A stretch of 62,848 nt of DNA, filler included, from Choristocarpus tenellus KU-1152 (lineage: Eukaryota > Protista > Phaeophyceae): the NCBI GenBank assembly GCA_964200185.2. It is 12 parts of 12 records of this genome, joined end to end, with 100 filler letters (N's around TTAATTAATTAA, not from the genome) between each part and the next. Parts side by side here need not be neighbours in the genome. Positions count along the whole stretch, not along the records: positions 1 to 8,254 come from CAXNAD020004933.1; positions 8,355 to 11,682 come from CAXNAD020020772.1; positions 11,783 to 15,806 come from CAXNAD020016615.1; 9 more parts are not named here. One strand, 5' to 3'. The notes beneath the pieces were generated by a model. It was not told the origin of the DNA and did not search any database. It saw only the letters and a program-made list of their open reading frames with translations. The position numbers were made by a program, and so were the translations under genes. This document shows, in pieces, positions 1-12,391 of this stretch; the stretch's first letter is position 1, and each line of letters begins with the position of its first letter.

Positions 1-1529
1 ATTCTGTAACTTTTAGGCAAATCAGAGTTCCCCCTCTTGGAGTTCCCCACGCGCGTATACTGCTCGCGCCAGTCAAAGCACGGGAAGAAATACTCGCACT
101 ACTCGCCTGTAACAGAAATATTAGGTTTGGTGCTAATTTTTCTGCCTCCTTGCCAATCATGCCAAGTTCTGACACTGGAAGCATCCATACATATGTGCAA
201 GGCGGTTGATATCAATCCATGTGAGCTAGACCAATTGAGGGTTAAGGTTAGGGTTGAATTGTAAGGATCCCAACAAAGGGAAAAACTATTCCATTTTTGC
301 ACAATTGCAGAAAGAGTATTTGCTGAATTGTGGCCTCACCTTGTTTGTGAAATGGAGGAATATCAATTTTGCGTACACTATTGTGCACATTAAGGAATGA
401 AATAGTGTGCGTTGCACAGGGTAAGAAAGATGTCTTAGAGTGCAGAAGGGCCCAGACCTGCCTACCTACCTCTAAATTGGTTTGACTCTGTAGGTACAGG
501 TGAGATAACGAAATTTGAGTACAGAGTAGGTACCCTTACAGTGAAAGTTGATATCCAAATAAACATCCAACTTTCCCACCTACCGCATCTCCCTCACAAT
601 AAACACAGGCACCCCTACTTAGGAAGGATGGGAATACTGTATTTGAATCTTTTAACCAAGATCAATAGCAATGCACTACCCTACCTACCTCTATTACGCT
701 GAAGTAGCTCAGAACATCAAGAGGATATTGCTAATCGCAACAATGGACACATACAGATCAACCATATCAGTATGACCCACTCACTCACTCCATCCCACTG
801 CACAGAACATAGTATGCCACCTGTATCCTCCTCAGGTCAAGCAGCTCCCGACTAAATTTTGGACGTGGTTGTGCCTGAAGTAACTTTCTCTGAAAATCTC
901 TCAGCTCAGTCTCATGACGCTCCTGTGATGTTGGGAATTACAATAGCAGATGGTGCAAAAGTGTTTCACATGGTTACAGCGTTCATCTGTGTGTGGAGCT
1001 TTACCTACGTCCTGAGGAATACTTGTCTATGTCCAATAACTATAGGTAAGGACATTGGGGGTCACTTGACAAAGTTTGAGTTAGCATGCTAAGTTCGAGT
1101 AAGAATACTTCCAGATCGAAGGACTAGAGGACATTGCACGAGCAGCGAAATGGAACAAATGTGAATAGGCTCAACTTCCCGTTGGGAAGGTGTAAGTCGT
1201 TTTCCTACTCGGTCATTTCCTATCTCGTTAAACCAATCGTCATTGATCATTTTTGGCATCATTATCGTCACTAGTATTTATATGTTCGTTGTTACATATG
1301 TTGGCAGAACTCTTGGTGAATGGTTTTGTTTTCATGGTAGTCTATAGAGTAACAACTAATCTTGACATTACATGCAAAATTAGTGTTACATCTATCCACA
1401 ATGACGCCGGTAGCTACAGTAATGTAGATAGAGCAAATCACGTATTATCAGAGCTTTAGATGATGAGTGACATCCTTTTCATGCCCTATGCTCCTCCGAC
1501 CCTGCTTTGCACACCCTACAGCCCCTCAC

Positions 1530-2681
1530 CCTCATAGCGTACACCATATCCTCTGCATGGTGTTCGTAGTCTGTCATTTTCTTGTCCCAGACCATATTAA
1601 ACTGCTGGAACTCCAGCATGTGTGCCTCTTCCACCCCTAACCTCTCTGCAATCTGGCGGGATCGCATGGCTTCCTAGGGAGGGCATGCAAGGTAGAAGAT
1701 TTCATTTTCACTCTGATGTACTGGGAATCGTGACCTCGTTCAAAGTCACAAGTCTCAACAGTATTAATGTCCTGAACCAAACGTATAGAAGGAGAGGGGA
1801 TAATGAATGTTTTTTGTGTTGCCATGACCAAGGTATGGAAGAAGAGGCAACTTTGCTTCTTACCCGGAGATATGAAACACAGTACGGACCTACGTCATTA
1901 GTATTGTGCACAGTACTTTGGCAGGTGCTACCGAGAGATACTTGTAAGGACGATCGTTTTCTCATTCGTCAATGGAAATTGAGAAAGATGGATCCAATCT
2001 TCTCCGAGAAATACTGTCCATAAATCAAGTTGATAGTAAGCTAGCTCAAGGGAGGAATCTTTGTAGATCCTTATAAACCTTACCTTCCTCCTGTTTTCTT
2101 CATGCAACTTGAGCTCATCGAGTCTGTTCTTCGCGATCTCAGCCTCGACGTACTTGCCCTGGCGCTCGCAATTTCGTCGATGTTCCTGTGGTGCCACAGG
2201 TGAGATCCCGACAAGGGCAGGGTAGAAGGTAGGAATAGTGCACAGCACTTCAGTGCATGACCAGAGTCTGAACCTCCTGCTGGTCTAATGTAAGACATAC
2301 CCCTTCCATCGATTGTGATACCACTGTAACGGTGACATAGCTGAATAATGAAAGAGCTACCTATAGTGTAACAGGCGAGTGTATCATTTCTATGGGAAGT
2401 CAAGTTGGACGAGGCACATTTGGTTCAATGTGAAGGGAAGGATTTGCCGAAACAGATTGGACCGATATTGGAATCCAGTTGAATAGGGGACAAAATGAGA
2501 GCTGCTGGCAATGGGATGTTGTACCTTCCCAATCTCATTCAAAACACTCTTTTTGCAGTAGCAACAACATTGGAAATCGACCTTGACAGATAAGAGGGAC
2601 ACTCGGACTAATTGCTTCTCTCACACCCACCTCCAGTATCTCGAGGAAGTCCTTCACTGCCGATTCCTCCGTCACATCCAT
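1530..2681 (-). CDS. Conserved uncharacterised coiled-coil protein, 5' part (3 exons; 3' end not found in window)
   Basis: Exons 2631-2681, 2084-2185 and 1530-1673, all GT-AG and phase 0. They join to MDVTEESAVKDFLEILE-EHRRNCERQGKYVEAEIAKNRLDELKLHEENRRK-EAMRSRQIAERLGVEEAHMLEFQQFNMVWDKKMTDYEHHAEDMVYAMR. Helical and charged, with a UVR-like YxEA motif. No function assignable. Confidence 0.85.
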
Positions 2682-3098
2682 TGAATTTATCGTTCTTCGT
2701 ATCCTGGTTGTGTATTAGGGGGGGATATGCTGTCATACAGTAGTCCCTTGATCAACTACAAAACCTTGCGACTCTGCTCAATACATCGAAATACATCATC
2801 ACTATAGTGGAGTGTAAACTATTGTTTCTATAGAGTATTATTTAGAGAAATGAAACCGTTCTTTGGTCGTTGAGTGTGGTTGATTTTTGTTTGTCAAGAT
2901 GGTATGTGGGTTGATCTTTTATCTTTTGATCTTTTTATTTTCAATTGAATTGCAAACAATATTATAGTTCCTTTTTGTGCGTGCCTGCGTGGTTGTGGTT
3001 TTCATGTAGTCTGACACCAATCCAACTACCTCACATTAGTTCCCAGCATACACATTGTATACATATATCAACTAAACGCCCGACACCCACACGATACC

Positions 3099-4881
3099 AT
3101 GGCATTTTTCAAGGTTGTTCTCGCGCTTTTCGTGGCCCTCATCGCAGGACAGGCAGTCGCCTTTAATGGTACGTGTTTCCCGCTCTGATCAGTGGCATTA
3201 TATGTTTCAGATCTCGTCTCAGTGAACAAGTGCGTCAGTACTTGTTAGTTAGGCGTGACTATCGTGTCTCCGATCGTATCCGCTCAAAGCCTGTCCCATG
3301 TATCTTCCTCGCTATCCTCTTTCAATTTTTTTTGAGTTCTCACTGGACAGTTCAATCGCTCTGCTCGTTGCCCAACTAAACAGTGGGTGTGCCAGTAAAC
3401 AGGGCAATCGCCCGTCCCACTACCGCTATCGGTGCAAGCTACGTCCCCGACGGACTCACGGCCGAGGAGTACGCCGCTTTGCAGAAGAAGGAGACGGACA
3501 AGAAGGTGGCCAACAAGAAGATGCGAGCTGGGAAGAAGTTCGAGGTGCGCGTTTTTCTTTCAGCACCCTAGCCTAAAGTTGGGGTTAACGCTTACTACGA
3601 CGAAACCACTTCACTCCTGAAGAACATGGAGTTCATGGTCGACGTCTTCCTAGAAACCCCCGTTTTCGTCATTTTTTGACCCGTTGCACCCGTTGCATGC
3701 GCGTACGTACCTGTTTGGTGACCCCTCGTCTTCTTTGCAAGTATTAAACATTTGGGCACAGTAACACTCCACGAAGGAGTCTTCCGTCCCACTAACAGTA
3801 CGTTCTGACAAACAATTATCGATTTCGCGTTCATCGATACTGTGAAAATTTATCCAAAACCGGTATGGACTAAGTCTTATCATGTTCGTAACTCGTGTGC
3901 AACCAACCAATACTGGCACATTATTTCCTCATTTCCATACACTCGGTAGAAAAGGAGATTACTATTCCAAGCCATCTGCTTTTCCTGATATGTTACTGAC
4001 CTCCCTGATAATGATTCTGCGGTCTGTACCATTGAGCCTATGTCTTTAAGGTGACCGTGATCTACACTTTCAGTTTACGAGGGATAACACGCCTAGGGTA
4101 ACAGAAGATTAAAAATACCCTACTCAATGAGCAATTTGGTCAAGCATATTCTTCACATGCTATCTGCGGGCTGGTGACCCTCTTTGCTCATGGTGCACAT
4201 ATTCCTTTATTACTCTTAGCTGGATTTTAAAGCTTAAGATGGGCTCTAGTTTTGCATCACTTTATAGCGATTGCGGAGACTACACGTTTTGCTCCAGATA
4301 CGATGCCAGCATGGAAAAGTTTTTGATTCGTATATGCTCAATTTTGTTTTAACCCTGTTCCGCTAAATGGTCACTCCTCCCACGTTTTGCTTTATAGGTT
4401 GAGAACTTTGTACAAAGGTATCCCAACCTAAATCGAATAACCTGCATGAATTGATAATACTATTCGTGTCGTCAAAAAAAGAATAAATCTATTCAGTGTC
4501 CCAGTTAACGTTATCAACTGCTGATGGTTGAACCATAGTGTTGTTCCAATGTCAAAGACGTGTCATGAACACTTGTGCACTCCAGTTAAACCTTGAATTA
4601 TTATGATTACATTGCTGATTTCCTAGTCCTAACAGTAATGGGTGAGCGGTTCCCCACCTGCTATTTTAGGGCTAGTCTATCTTCGCTTCTTTGGGACTCT
4701 TAGCACATTTTTCCTCCGAAATCCCGTCTCTTGACCTGGTCTGCATTAATTTCAGGACCTTGACACCTGGATGAAGAGGCGTGATGCCAAGTTCCCCAAC
4801 AAGCCCGGAGCGGGCCACACCTTTGCTAAGGTAGTGGACAAGGAGAAGGCAAAGATCGGCGCCCAGAGGTTCTTGGATTAA
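3099..4881 (+). CDS. Small (118 aa) plastid-targeted protein of unknown function with YVPDGL motif
   Basis: Exons 3099-3168, 3384-3544 and 4756-4881 (TAA), GT-AG, phases consistent. MAFFKVVLALFVALIAGQAVA-F is a signal peptide followed by Phe (ASAFAP-type bipartite leader), then a transit-like segment. Mature part: YVPDGLTAEEYAALQKKE...KKFE-DLDTWMKRRDAKFPNKPGAGHTFAKV...FLD*. Confidence 0.9.
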
Positions 4882-6902
4882 ATTACTGAATTTGACAAGC
4901 ATGGAGCCTTTCATGTTGAAGGTACATCCGTGTCTGTGATAGAGCTTTAATCGTAGAGGTCATGGGGTTGGAGAGGCACTATCCAGATAGACGTGTTTGT
5001 CCTTTTTCAGCCTTCATAGGACCATGCGCGAACCAATGGGGTGGCCATCTGTGTGGTGATGCAGTGTTAAGAGTCTTGCGGGAGGATGGTTGGAACATGA
5101 CAGAGAGAACATGTAGTAGACGGTTTTGGAGAGTCGTCACTTGGAGGAGAGCGATCAGTGAAGGGACTGAGTTAGGAATTTTCCTCCAACTCAGTGAAAA
5201 GATAGCACTGTTTGTTGTTTGTTAGAAGTTTTGTACCTTTTTGGTTTAGTACTATCCATGTATTGGCCAAAATAAATATGATTGACCAAGTCAATCAAGA
5301 GGGAAGAACTAGAACAGTCGTTCGGCTTTGCTATTTGTCAAGTTGCCCTCACGGGGGTGAACATGATGATGAGGAAAGGTTTGTCGGGTAGCAAGGGCGG
5401 AGAACTTTGTGCCTTTTGTAAGTAACCAAGGAGGAAGCACCTGTGCTGTGACTGGCATGGGGAAGGTCTGTGTGTTGTCCTTACAAACAGGGTAATGTGA
5501 ACCGTAAATGATGAAATCGGTTGACGTGCCCTGTTTGCTCCCCTCAGACAGCTCACTACATGGAATGGGACATACACTGCGAATCTCATGCAGATAAGGG
5601 GTGCAGTGCCTCATTATGGTTTCCGGAAGAGTGCATGTATTTTTGTGGTTAATGAAGCGTTTGTCCTACCCTGAGTTACGTTTAAATGATGACAAAGGAA
5701 TGTGAATCTTTAGATTATCCAGATCTCTTGTCTCACCAGCCTCGTTTTGAGACACCCTATATATTTCCATGTTCTGATACATTTTTAGATCAACGGTGAC
5801 CACATTTCTTAAAAACGTTTTCATCACTAGTCCAGCAGATGCCTTTCAGTATCCTTATGAGATGGATTTACGCGGGATAGCTTGAAATGCATCGACCTAA
5901 ACAAAATGTTATGTAAATTATTTTTAGCATTGGAGGAATCGCAAATATGAAATGTGTAGTCACTGGTCATGTTGTCAACATAGACATGAAAATGGAGTGT
6001 CGTAGTGAAATTACTTGTCAAGAGAAATATACCTAAGACAAATCTTCCATGTAACCAAGTCGGTGAAATGACTTAAGTTAAAATCGCAATGAAATAGAAC
6101 TATCAGGTACTTTGGGTTACATGTTTTCTGGTCGCGCAGCGATACATCAATATTTGGGTTGGTGCGTCACATCGATGACTTCCCTATTTTGTTCGGTGTT
6201 AGAATCTCGGACAACACGATGCTCTAAGGCAGCGTTACCCCGAAAAATGTTTGTGTTGGATTTTTCACTCAAACCTTTTGTCCATCAAATGCACGGATCC
6301 TTGGGGTCATTTTCGTAGCGTCGGCATTGTTCGTACAGTCCAAGAGTCATTTGGTTTGCACTATACATTGTGTTCATGTTGTGGATCGAGGTAATGTTCC
6401 ACATCATGGATTGACCAAAAAGTTTTAACCTCTTTTTTTCATCCTATTATTATCGAAGCACTAATTTTCGTGTATCTATTTCTCTTGTTATTCCACATTT
6501 CAATTTTGGATGTTTTTTATAAGATAGCTTATAAATAAATAACGTAATTGTTAACCTCTTTTGCTTAGTAACATTGTTTTGTAACATTGCATCATCCATT
6601 GCTAGTCTGGACAATACTCGGGCTAGTTGCAATGCCTTTTCATACGTTGTATGTAACACTAGAACTACACGAAGTTGTGATGTGGGGGCATTACTTTTTT
6701 CTGAGGTTAAGTAAGAGCAAACTTGATGTAATGGTCGGGACAGAAGAACACTAATATCATTGCTGTTACAGTAATAACACCACAGAGTCCCTGAACCACT
6801 TGAGAGGTAGGAAGGTTTGGACCCTTTTTGTACTCTAAGCCATCCTTTTTGGTTTGTGCAATTACGCCCTGTAGTACCGCCTTCCTTTGTCTCAAAAATT
6901 GT

Positions 6903-7113
6903 TCCTGTACTCCAAAGTGAGGAGCTAGGGAAAGATCCCAAGAATCTAACAATCCCCTCCTTGTCCATCTCTCTGGCGACACCAGCTTAAAACGCATCAC
7001 CTGTCTAGATAGGGCTGCTTGCGTTGTGACTGAGACTGCCTGGCGTAGGCAGGATTTGACAGTGGCTCCTTTTCCGCTGTATGTAGCCTCCAGTTCCTCT
7101 CCCCCCTACTGTG
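6903..7113 (-). mobile_element. 3' fragment of RLE-type (CRE-like) non-LTR retrotransposon
   Basis: Aligns by eye with 51790-52095 and 52322-52560 (GAGGAGCTAGGGAA..ATCCCAAGAATCTAAC...CCAGCTTAAAACGCAT..TCTAGATAG...CTCCCCCCTACTG). Encodes the degenerate C-terminus ...VMRFKL... Confidence 0.7.
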
Positions 7114-8032
7114 TGTGTATATGCTATTATTGCTTTGTTTATTTATTACTTTACACTGTCATGGTTTCTTCCACACCTGTACCGTTCCAACTCTATCATT
7201 TCCTCTACAAATACTTTCCTGATCCGGTTGAGAAAGTAAGTGGACCAAGATGTTTTGCTGATGATAGGGTTGTGAGAGCAAAATCTATTCCAAATTCGAG
7301 AGCTATTCTTCAGGGCCTAACGAGCTAACTGTGAAGAGACTAGAGGGACCGTAGGTCAAGCTGGCACAATGTGATCTGATAGGGCCAGTTGAAGGTGTTC
7401 AGATGTTTTAGTGAGGCTAGTCCACAGGGCGACCCTAGTATCGCATTTTTCAACAGGGTTGGTTCATGACTTGAAGAGATTTAAACAGGTGCAGAAGTGG
7501 GCCAGCTGGCGGACCAGATGAAGAAGGTGGTGTTGGACTGGCCTGTTCAGCACCCAGTAAATATCATTTTCTTGATGGTAATGTGGCATGTGGCTGAAGG
7601 ACTTTCAGAAAAACATACGTATTCCCACATGTATTTTTGACAATTTGGGGAGGTTGACCTACTTTTTTCAGAGGCTCGACCCAACCTATCTTATGCAACA
7701 AATTCAGTCCGGTTCCAATACGTTTTATCCATAGCCCACAGCAGTTAGAGACTTGAACGGGATCAATCCTTGTATGACCCAATATTGTATGTCTTTCCAG
7801 GGTCAGACTTTAGTCAAGCTGCGACCTTGACCCAGTTACTTGCCTGTCCTGTGTAAAGCCTTGCTGATATCAGATCTGCACCCTTTTGACCTTAATTTTA
7901 ACAAAGCATGTATGTACGTATATTTAACGTATATTTTTATGGTCTTCACCGTCCACCTTTATTTTTCTGGGATTGACAGCTGCGAGCAACTTTGGAAAAT
8001 AAGCTCTTTTAAAACTTTGCTAGGGGGATGGT

Positions 8033-8181
8033 GGCTTAAAGTATCTGGGGGGGATGGTGGCTGTCCATTTGGGGCCCATTTTTCCATGTCGCAATTTTTG
8101 GGTGATTTGGTTGCATGTGTCGGATGGAAAGATGTAAGTACACTTTTCCTGGTCAGGGTCCAAATGGACACCCTGATGTAG
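8033..8181. mobile_element. MITE family 1 copy (one end missing)
   Basis: GGCTTAAAGTATCTG(G)n, GTCCATTTG...CAAATGGAC and the core ATGTCGCAATTTTTGGGTGATTTGGTTGCAT are shared with the other copies. Confidence 0.85.
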
Positions 8182-8254
8182 TTCTGCTTTGCGTCACCTT
8201 CCCTAAACACCCACCCCTCCTCCCCCTTCCGTTTTCCACTCTTCCTCTTAATCC

Positions 8255-8354
8255 NNNNNNNNNNNNNNNNNNNNNNNNNNNNNNNNNNNNNNNNNNNNTT
8301 AATTAATTAANNNNNNNNNNNNNNNNNNNNNNNNNNNNNNNNNNNNNNNNNNNN
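8255..8354. other. Artificial contig linker (44N-TTAATTAATTAA-44N); 11 in total
   Basis: Identical 100-bp linker with stops in all six frames. Also at 11683, 15807, 33959, 36642, 40510, 43173, 45784, 53212, 56763 and 59894. Confidence 0.98.
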
Positions 8355-8999
8355 CACCGGAGGGATCCGTGAGTTGGTGCAGAAGTTGCATGGGGGGGGG
8401 GGGAGGGGGGGGGGACATACTTTTTTGCTCGTCACTCTAGTAATAATCACTGTCACTATGCTCCTGCGTGTTGGATCTGAGCTATGTATGCACTTGCCGT
8501 CTATCTATTAGCTGATGTGCCTCTGACAACCCCCTTGCTTGTGTTCGTAGCTTCACTCTTCCATGTGAGTGGTTTGTTCGCAAAGAAAAAAATAGATGAA
8601 ACTGCATCCGCATTCTTGTCATTCCTATCTCGATGTTTTGAGATAGATCAATACCTTGTAACTCTTGTCCCATCTCAACTGTTATTTTTTTTACTGTGTG
8701 GGTGATGGTGTCACAAACGTTTCGCGGCCGACCTTTTTTGGTCCCCTGTACACCATACTTCAACCACCCTAACCCTGACCCAAGAACCTCATAAAATTGT
8801 CTACATTACATTCTTCTTTGTAGTGTAGTGTAGTGTGGTGTAGTGTACTGCCAGTAAGAATGCTACACACAAGGTAGCCCTATGCAAGTTTAGTCTTCCT
8901 TTTTTCAAGGACACTAGTTTTCCAACAATCACACCAACCAACTAGACGCAAACAACGTGCTGCTAATCCCCCTCCCCCACCCACCCCCTGCTGCCCCAG

Positions 9000-9275
9000 C
9001 TCAAAGAAGGTGATGTTATTGGGATAGCTCTAGACTTCAATGACCTGCCCATGCTTACTTTCTTCCGGGGTGGTAAGCTACTGGTGGGTGGAGTAGGTGA
9101 AGGAGAAGGTCAAGGGGTAAAGGATCTGTCTGTACGCAGAGTGAGGGGTTCTGTACACCCTGCAGTGGGAGTGATGGGAGGGGCTGTCGTGCAGATGTTA
9201 TTTAATGCCCCAGAGTTGTACAATCAGCCACCAGGTCGATGTCAGGCACTAGTGGTGTCACAGGATATGTTATAG
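9000..9275 (+). CDS. SPRYD7: SPRY domain-containing protein 7-like, last exon
   Basis: Polypyrimidine/CAG acceptor at 8999, then LKEGDVIGIALDFNDLPMLTFF...VRGSVHPAVGV...QMLFNAPELYNQPPGRCQALVVSQDML*. Matches the SPRYD7 C-terminus pattern EGDVVG...IRGTVYP...F.HTPPPGF. Upstream exons are not on this contig. Confidence 0.8.
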   Translation, partial: LKEGDVIGIALDFNDLPMLTFFRGGKLLVGGVGEGEGQGVKDLSVRRVRGSVHPAVGVMGGAVVQMLFNAPELYNQPPGRCQALVVSQDML

Positions 9276-12200
9276 GATGCATTTTCTCCTTGGTCTGGCC
9301 AATGCCGGGCGTGGGTATTTGAGTGAAGTGGTGTGTTTCTTTTTTAATATTTGCCTTCTGTTTTTCATGGCACTTGTTGATGTGTTGGTAAGTACTCACC
9401 GTGCAGTGTTAGCTATATGTGTTTGGAGTGTGAAGTGTCCTTTTTTTTGGTGTATTCTTATTGTCAGGATTTTACTGCGTTGTGAGTTGTAGTGGCTTGG
9501 GTTGGCTTGAATGAGCGCATAGTGTGAAGTATGTGTGGCATTCTTTGATTTCAGGTATCGCCTCCAATTTCTACCCTGTCTACCCGAAACCAATTTTCCT
9601 TATCCAATTGCCTATTGATGGTGTCAAGGCAGGTGGGAACATATGCTTCTCGCTGAGGGACATGTTACAGCAAATTTCTCTGTTTGTTTGGGTTTGATCA
9701 GTGCCATTGTGACCTCGCAGTCATGTGGTCTAGACGATAGGGATTTGTGGACTTTTTCTATTGTATTTCATTCAGTCAGGCAGCCCAGCTAAGTCAGTCC
9801 AATGTTTTGGATCAAAGAAACAGAAGAATGAACAAAATCGTCGATCCAGAAACATTTGTTTCTCTAGTCATCAAGGCATCGTCTGCCACATGCATTCTTG
9901 AGCATTTAGTCCACATTCCAACTTGGTGAGTTAATTCAGTCTTGAACACGCACCCATACCATCTGTGTTGGTTTATTGCCACTGTGCTTCATCCTTCAAC
10001 TATAGTACCAAAACTCAAGTTCAACTTGTATGCATACCTGCCAGTGTCTCCTGTCCACTTTTCTTCTCTTCCATCATAAGTTCCCCAAACATATATGCCT
10101 TTGGAAGTCACATATCCCCCATGCGTGCAACTGACCCAGCAAACAGAGTAAACCTCCACTTTCAACAATTGTCTCGAAACCCTTACACCCATTTTTCACA
10201 AGGACATACTTGTAGGCTACCCACACATAATCAACCCAATCTTTTTTTAATCCGTTAACTGATGTCACCAATGATATCCGCTTCATTACTGATGGTGCGT
10301 CCAAGATCAACAATTTTTTCGGTTTGCTTGTGGCTCTGTGCCATCGTCCGGATCTAGAAAAATATCTTCAGTCTTATTGGGAGGTAGAAGGACAGGATCT
10401 TTACCTTCAGATCAGACATAGTCAGCCTCAATGACTTAGCCACCTTCACCATCATTGTCATTATTCTAGTTAAAGTCCTGGTCTTAAAACACAATGTCCA
10501 CATTGCCAGCATAGAGCAAACACCACATTTGGCTACAAGCTCCATCTGGCATAGTGCTGTGTTTGTGTATATCGTTTTTGTAACATTTTTTGGAAGGTGA
10601 ATAGCCTGAATGGTGTGCTCGCCTCCCAGAATTGCTACCATAATGTTTACTAATGTATGTGTTATCTCTTGATGCTTGTAGTAGCACTATAAATTGAAAT
10701 AGTGGTAGTAGTACGATATTAGTAGAGAGCCAAAAGTAATCAAGACGCAGACAAGGTTGCATTTGAAAAAGATCCCCAGAAATGGCCAAAAGGTGCCTTT
10801 ATGTACAATTCCGGAAAGGGGCTTTGCGAAATTGTAGTGCCATTTTGAGGGGGGAAAGGAGGAACATAAATTTTGCCAACACAATTGTGCGAGGATAATA
10901 ATCGGAATAAGTTGCAGTACACATGGGTTAAAACAATGGCTTAGAATGCAAAAGTAGTGGGTGACCTCTTTTATATGCTTGGAAGTATATCATTATGCCC
11001 ACAGTCATTTTTTTTTTCTGGTGTCATGGAGGAAATAAGAGTATGAAGAATCATTAGGTCGAAGTAACTGAATGGGGGTGGCGCTATGTTAAAGAAGCCA
11101 TTGTTTCCCAAGAATTGTATATACAAGTCCGCGGAATGAATCCATTCCTTCCTGGGCTGGACAGGATGTAGATGAAGTAAGGAGGGAGATAAGAAAGGAG
11201 AAAGGAGGAGTGGACAATCAAGCCCAAGGGGGATGTCCTCATCGCCAAATCAATCCTGTTCTGTGGATCACTATTACCTGTCACTCATCACAAATTTACT
11301 GCAATGATTCATATATCTTGAACTCTTCCATATTCTATTTCATTAAACCATACTTTTTCCTATTTTTCAGAATACAAAATTCTTCTTTTCCATCAACTGA
11401 TTGTTTCTTTACACGATTCTACTTTCTGTACAGAAGAATTGAAAGCATATCTTTGACACGCTGAGTTTTTATAGTCCCTCTGGCTCTGTGGTGGCACATG
11501 TTCTTGGGACACTGAGTCCACACCTGTAGCACATTTTGATGTCTTCTTGCAGTTATAATCAGGTTTCAGAAGAAAATATATCCTTTTTGACGCCCTTATT
11601 CGAATGTCTCCTCTAAAAATGTAGTTGCTTCTAACAGTCGAAATACTCCCCCCATTTGGTTAGGCTCAAAATATCTGGGGGGNNNNNNNNNNNNNNNNNN
11701 NNNNNNNNNNNNNNNNNNNNNNNNNNTTAATTAATTAANNNNNNNNNNNNNNNNNNNNNNNNNNNNNNNNNNNNNNNNNNNNCCCTGAGGCAGAACGCTT
11801 CGTCCCCGCCAGGGGGGGATCAGGAAATGCAGACAAGCTGCCGTGTCAAAGAAAAAACAAAAATCAACAAGGGTCAGGGTGTAGACCACAACGGGGAAGG
11901 GGTCAGGCAAGGAGGCAGGAGGTAGGGTAAGGGGTTGTTTCAAAGGGTACATTATCACTCCACTAATACTAATCTACACTGTCAGAAGCAGATGCAACAA
12001 TATATACATATATTATACTATTTACCGCAAACCAATTTTATTGTGTGTGTGTATGTTTTTTTTTAATTAATGGGTGAATTCTTGCACCCATGTGTATGCC
12101 TGTGTGTGCTTGTGTGTGTGTGTTTGTGCCCCCAGAAAGACTTAAACAAAAACAAAGCCAGCGAAAATCAAAAACGACACACATCAGTCACCAGGACCAG

Positions 12201-12391
12201 CCAGCAAAAAAACTTCCACACAACAACAATCACAACGGACTTGTCCCACAAGTTCCTCCACTCAACTCTACATCTGCTGCTACCCAAACATCCACAACAG
12301 TAATATAATAGTAACAAGATTAATAACAATAATAACAATAATAACACACTATCAAGACCCTATCCCCTGCGTCCCTCCTTTCCCTACTCAC

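Noticed and set aside
1-106. Candidate fourth exon of the minus-strand coiled-coil gene (TTACAG acceptor at 107-109)
   Set aside because: The phase-0 frame is open (ASSASISSRALTG...), but its composition does not continue the coiled-coil pattern and no donor or stop is visible. Unsupported.
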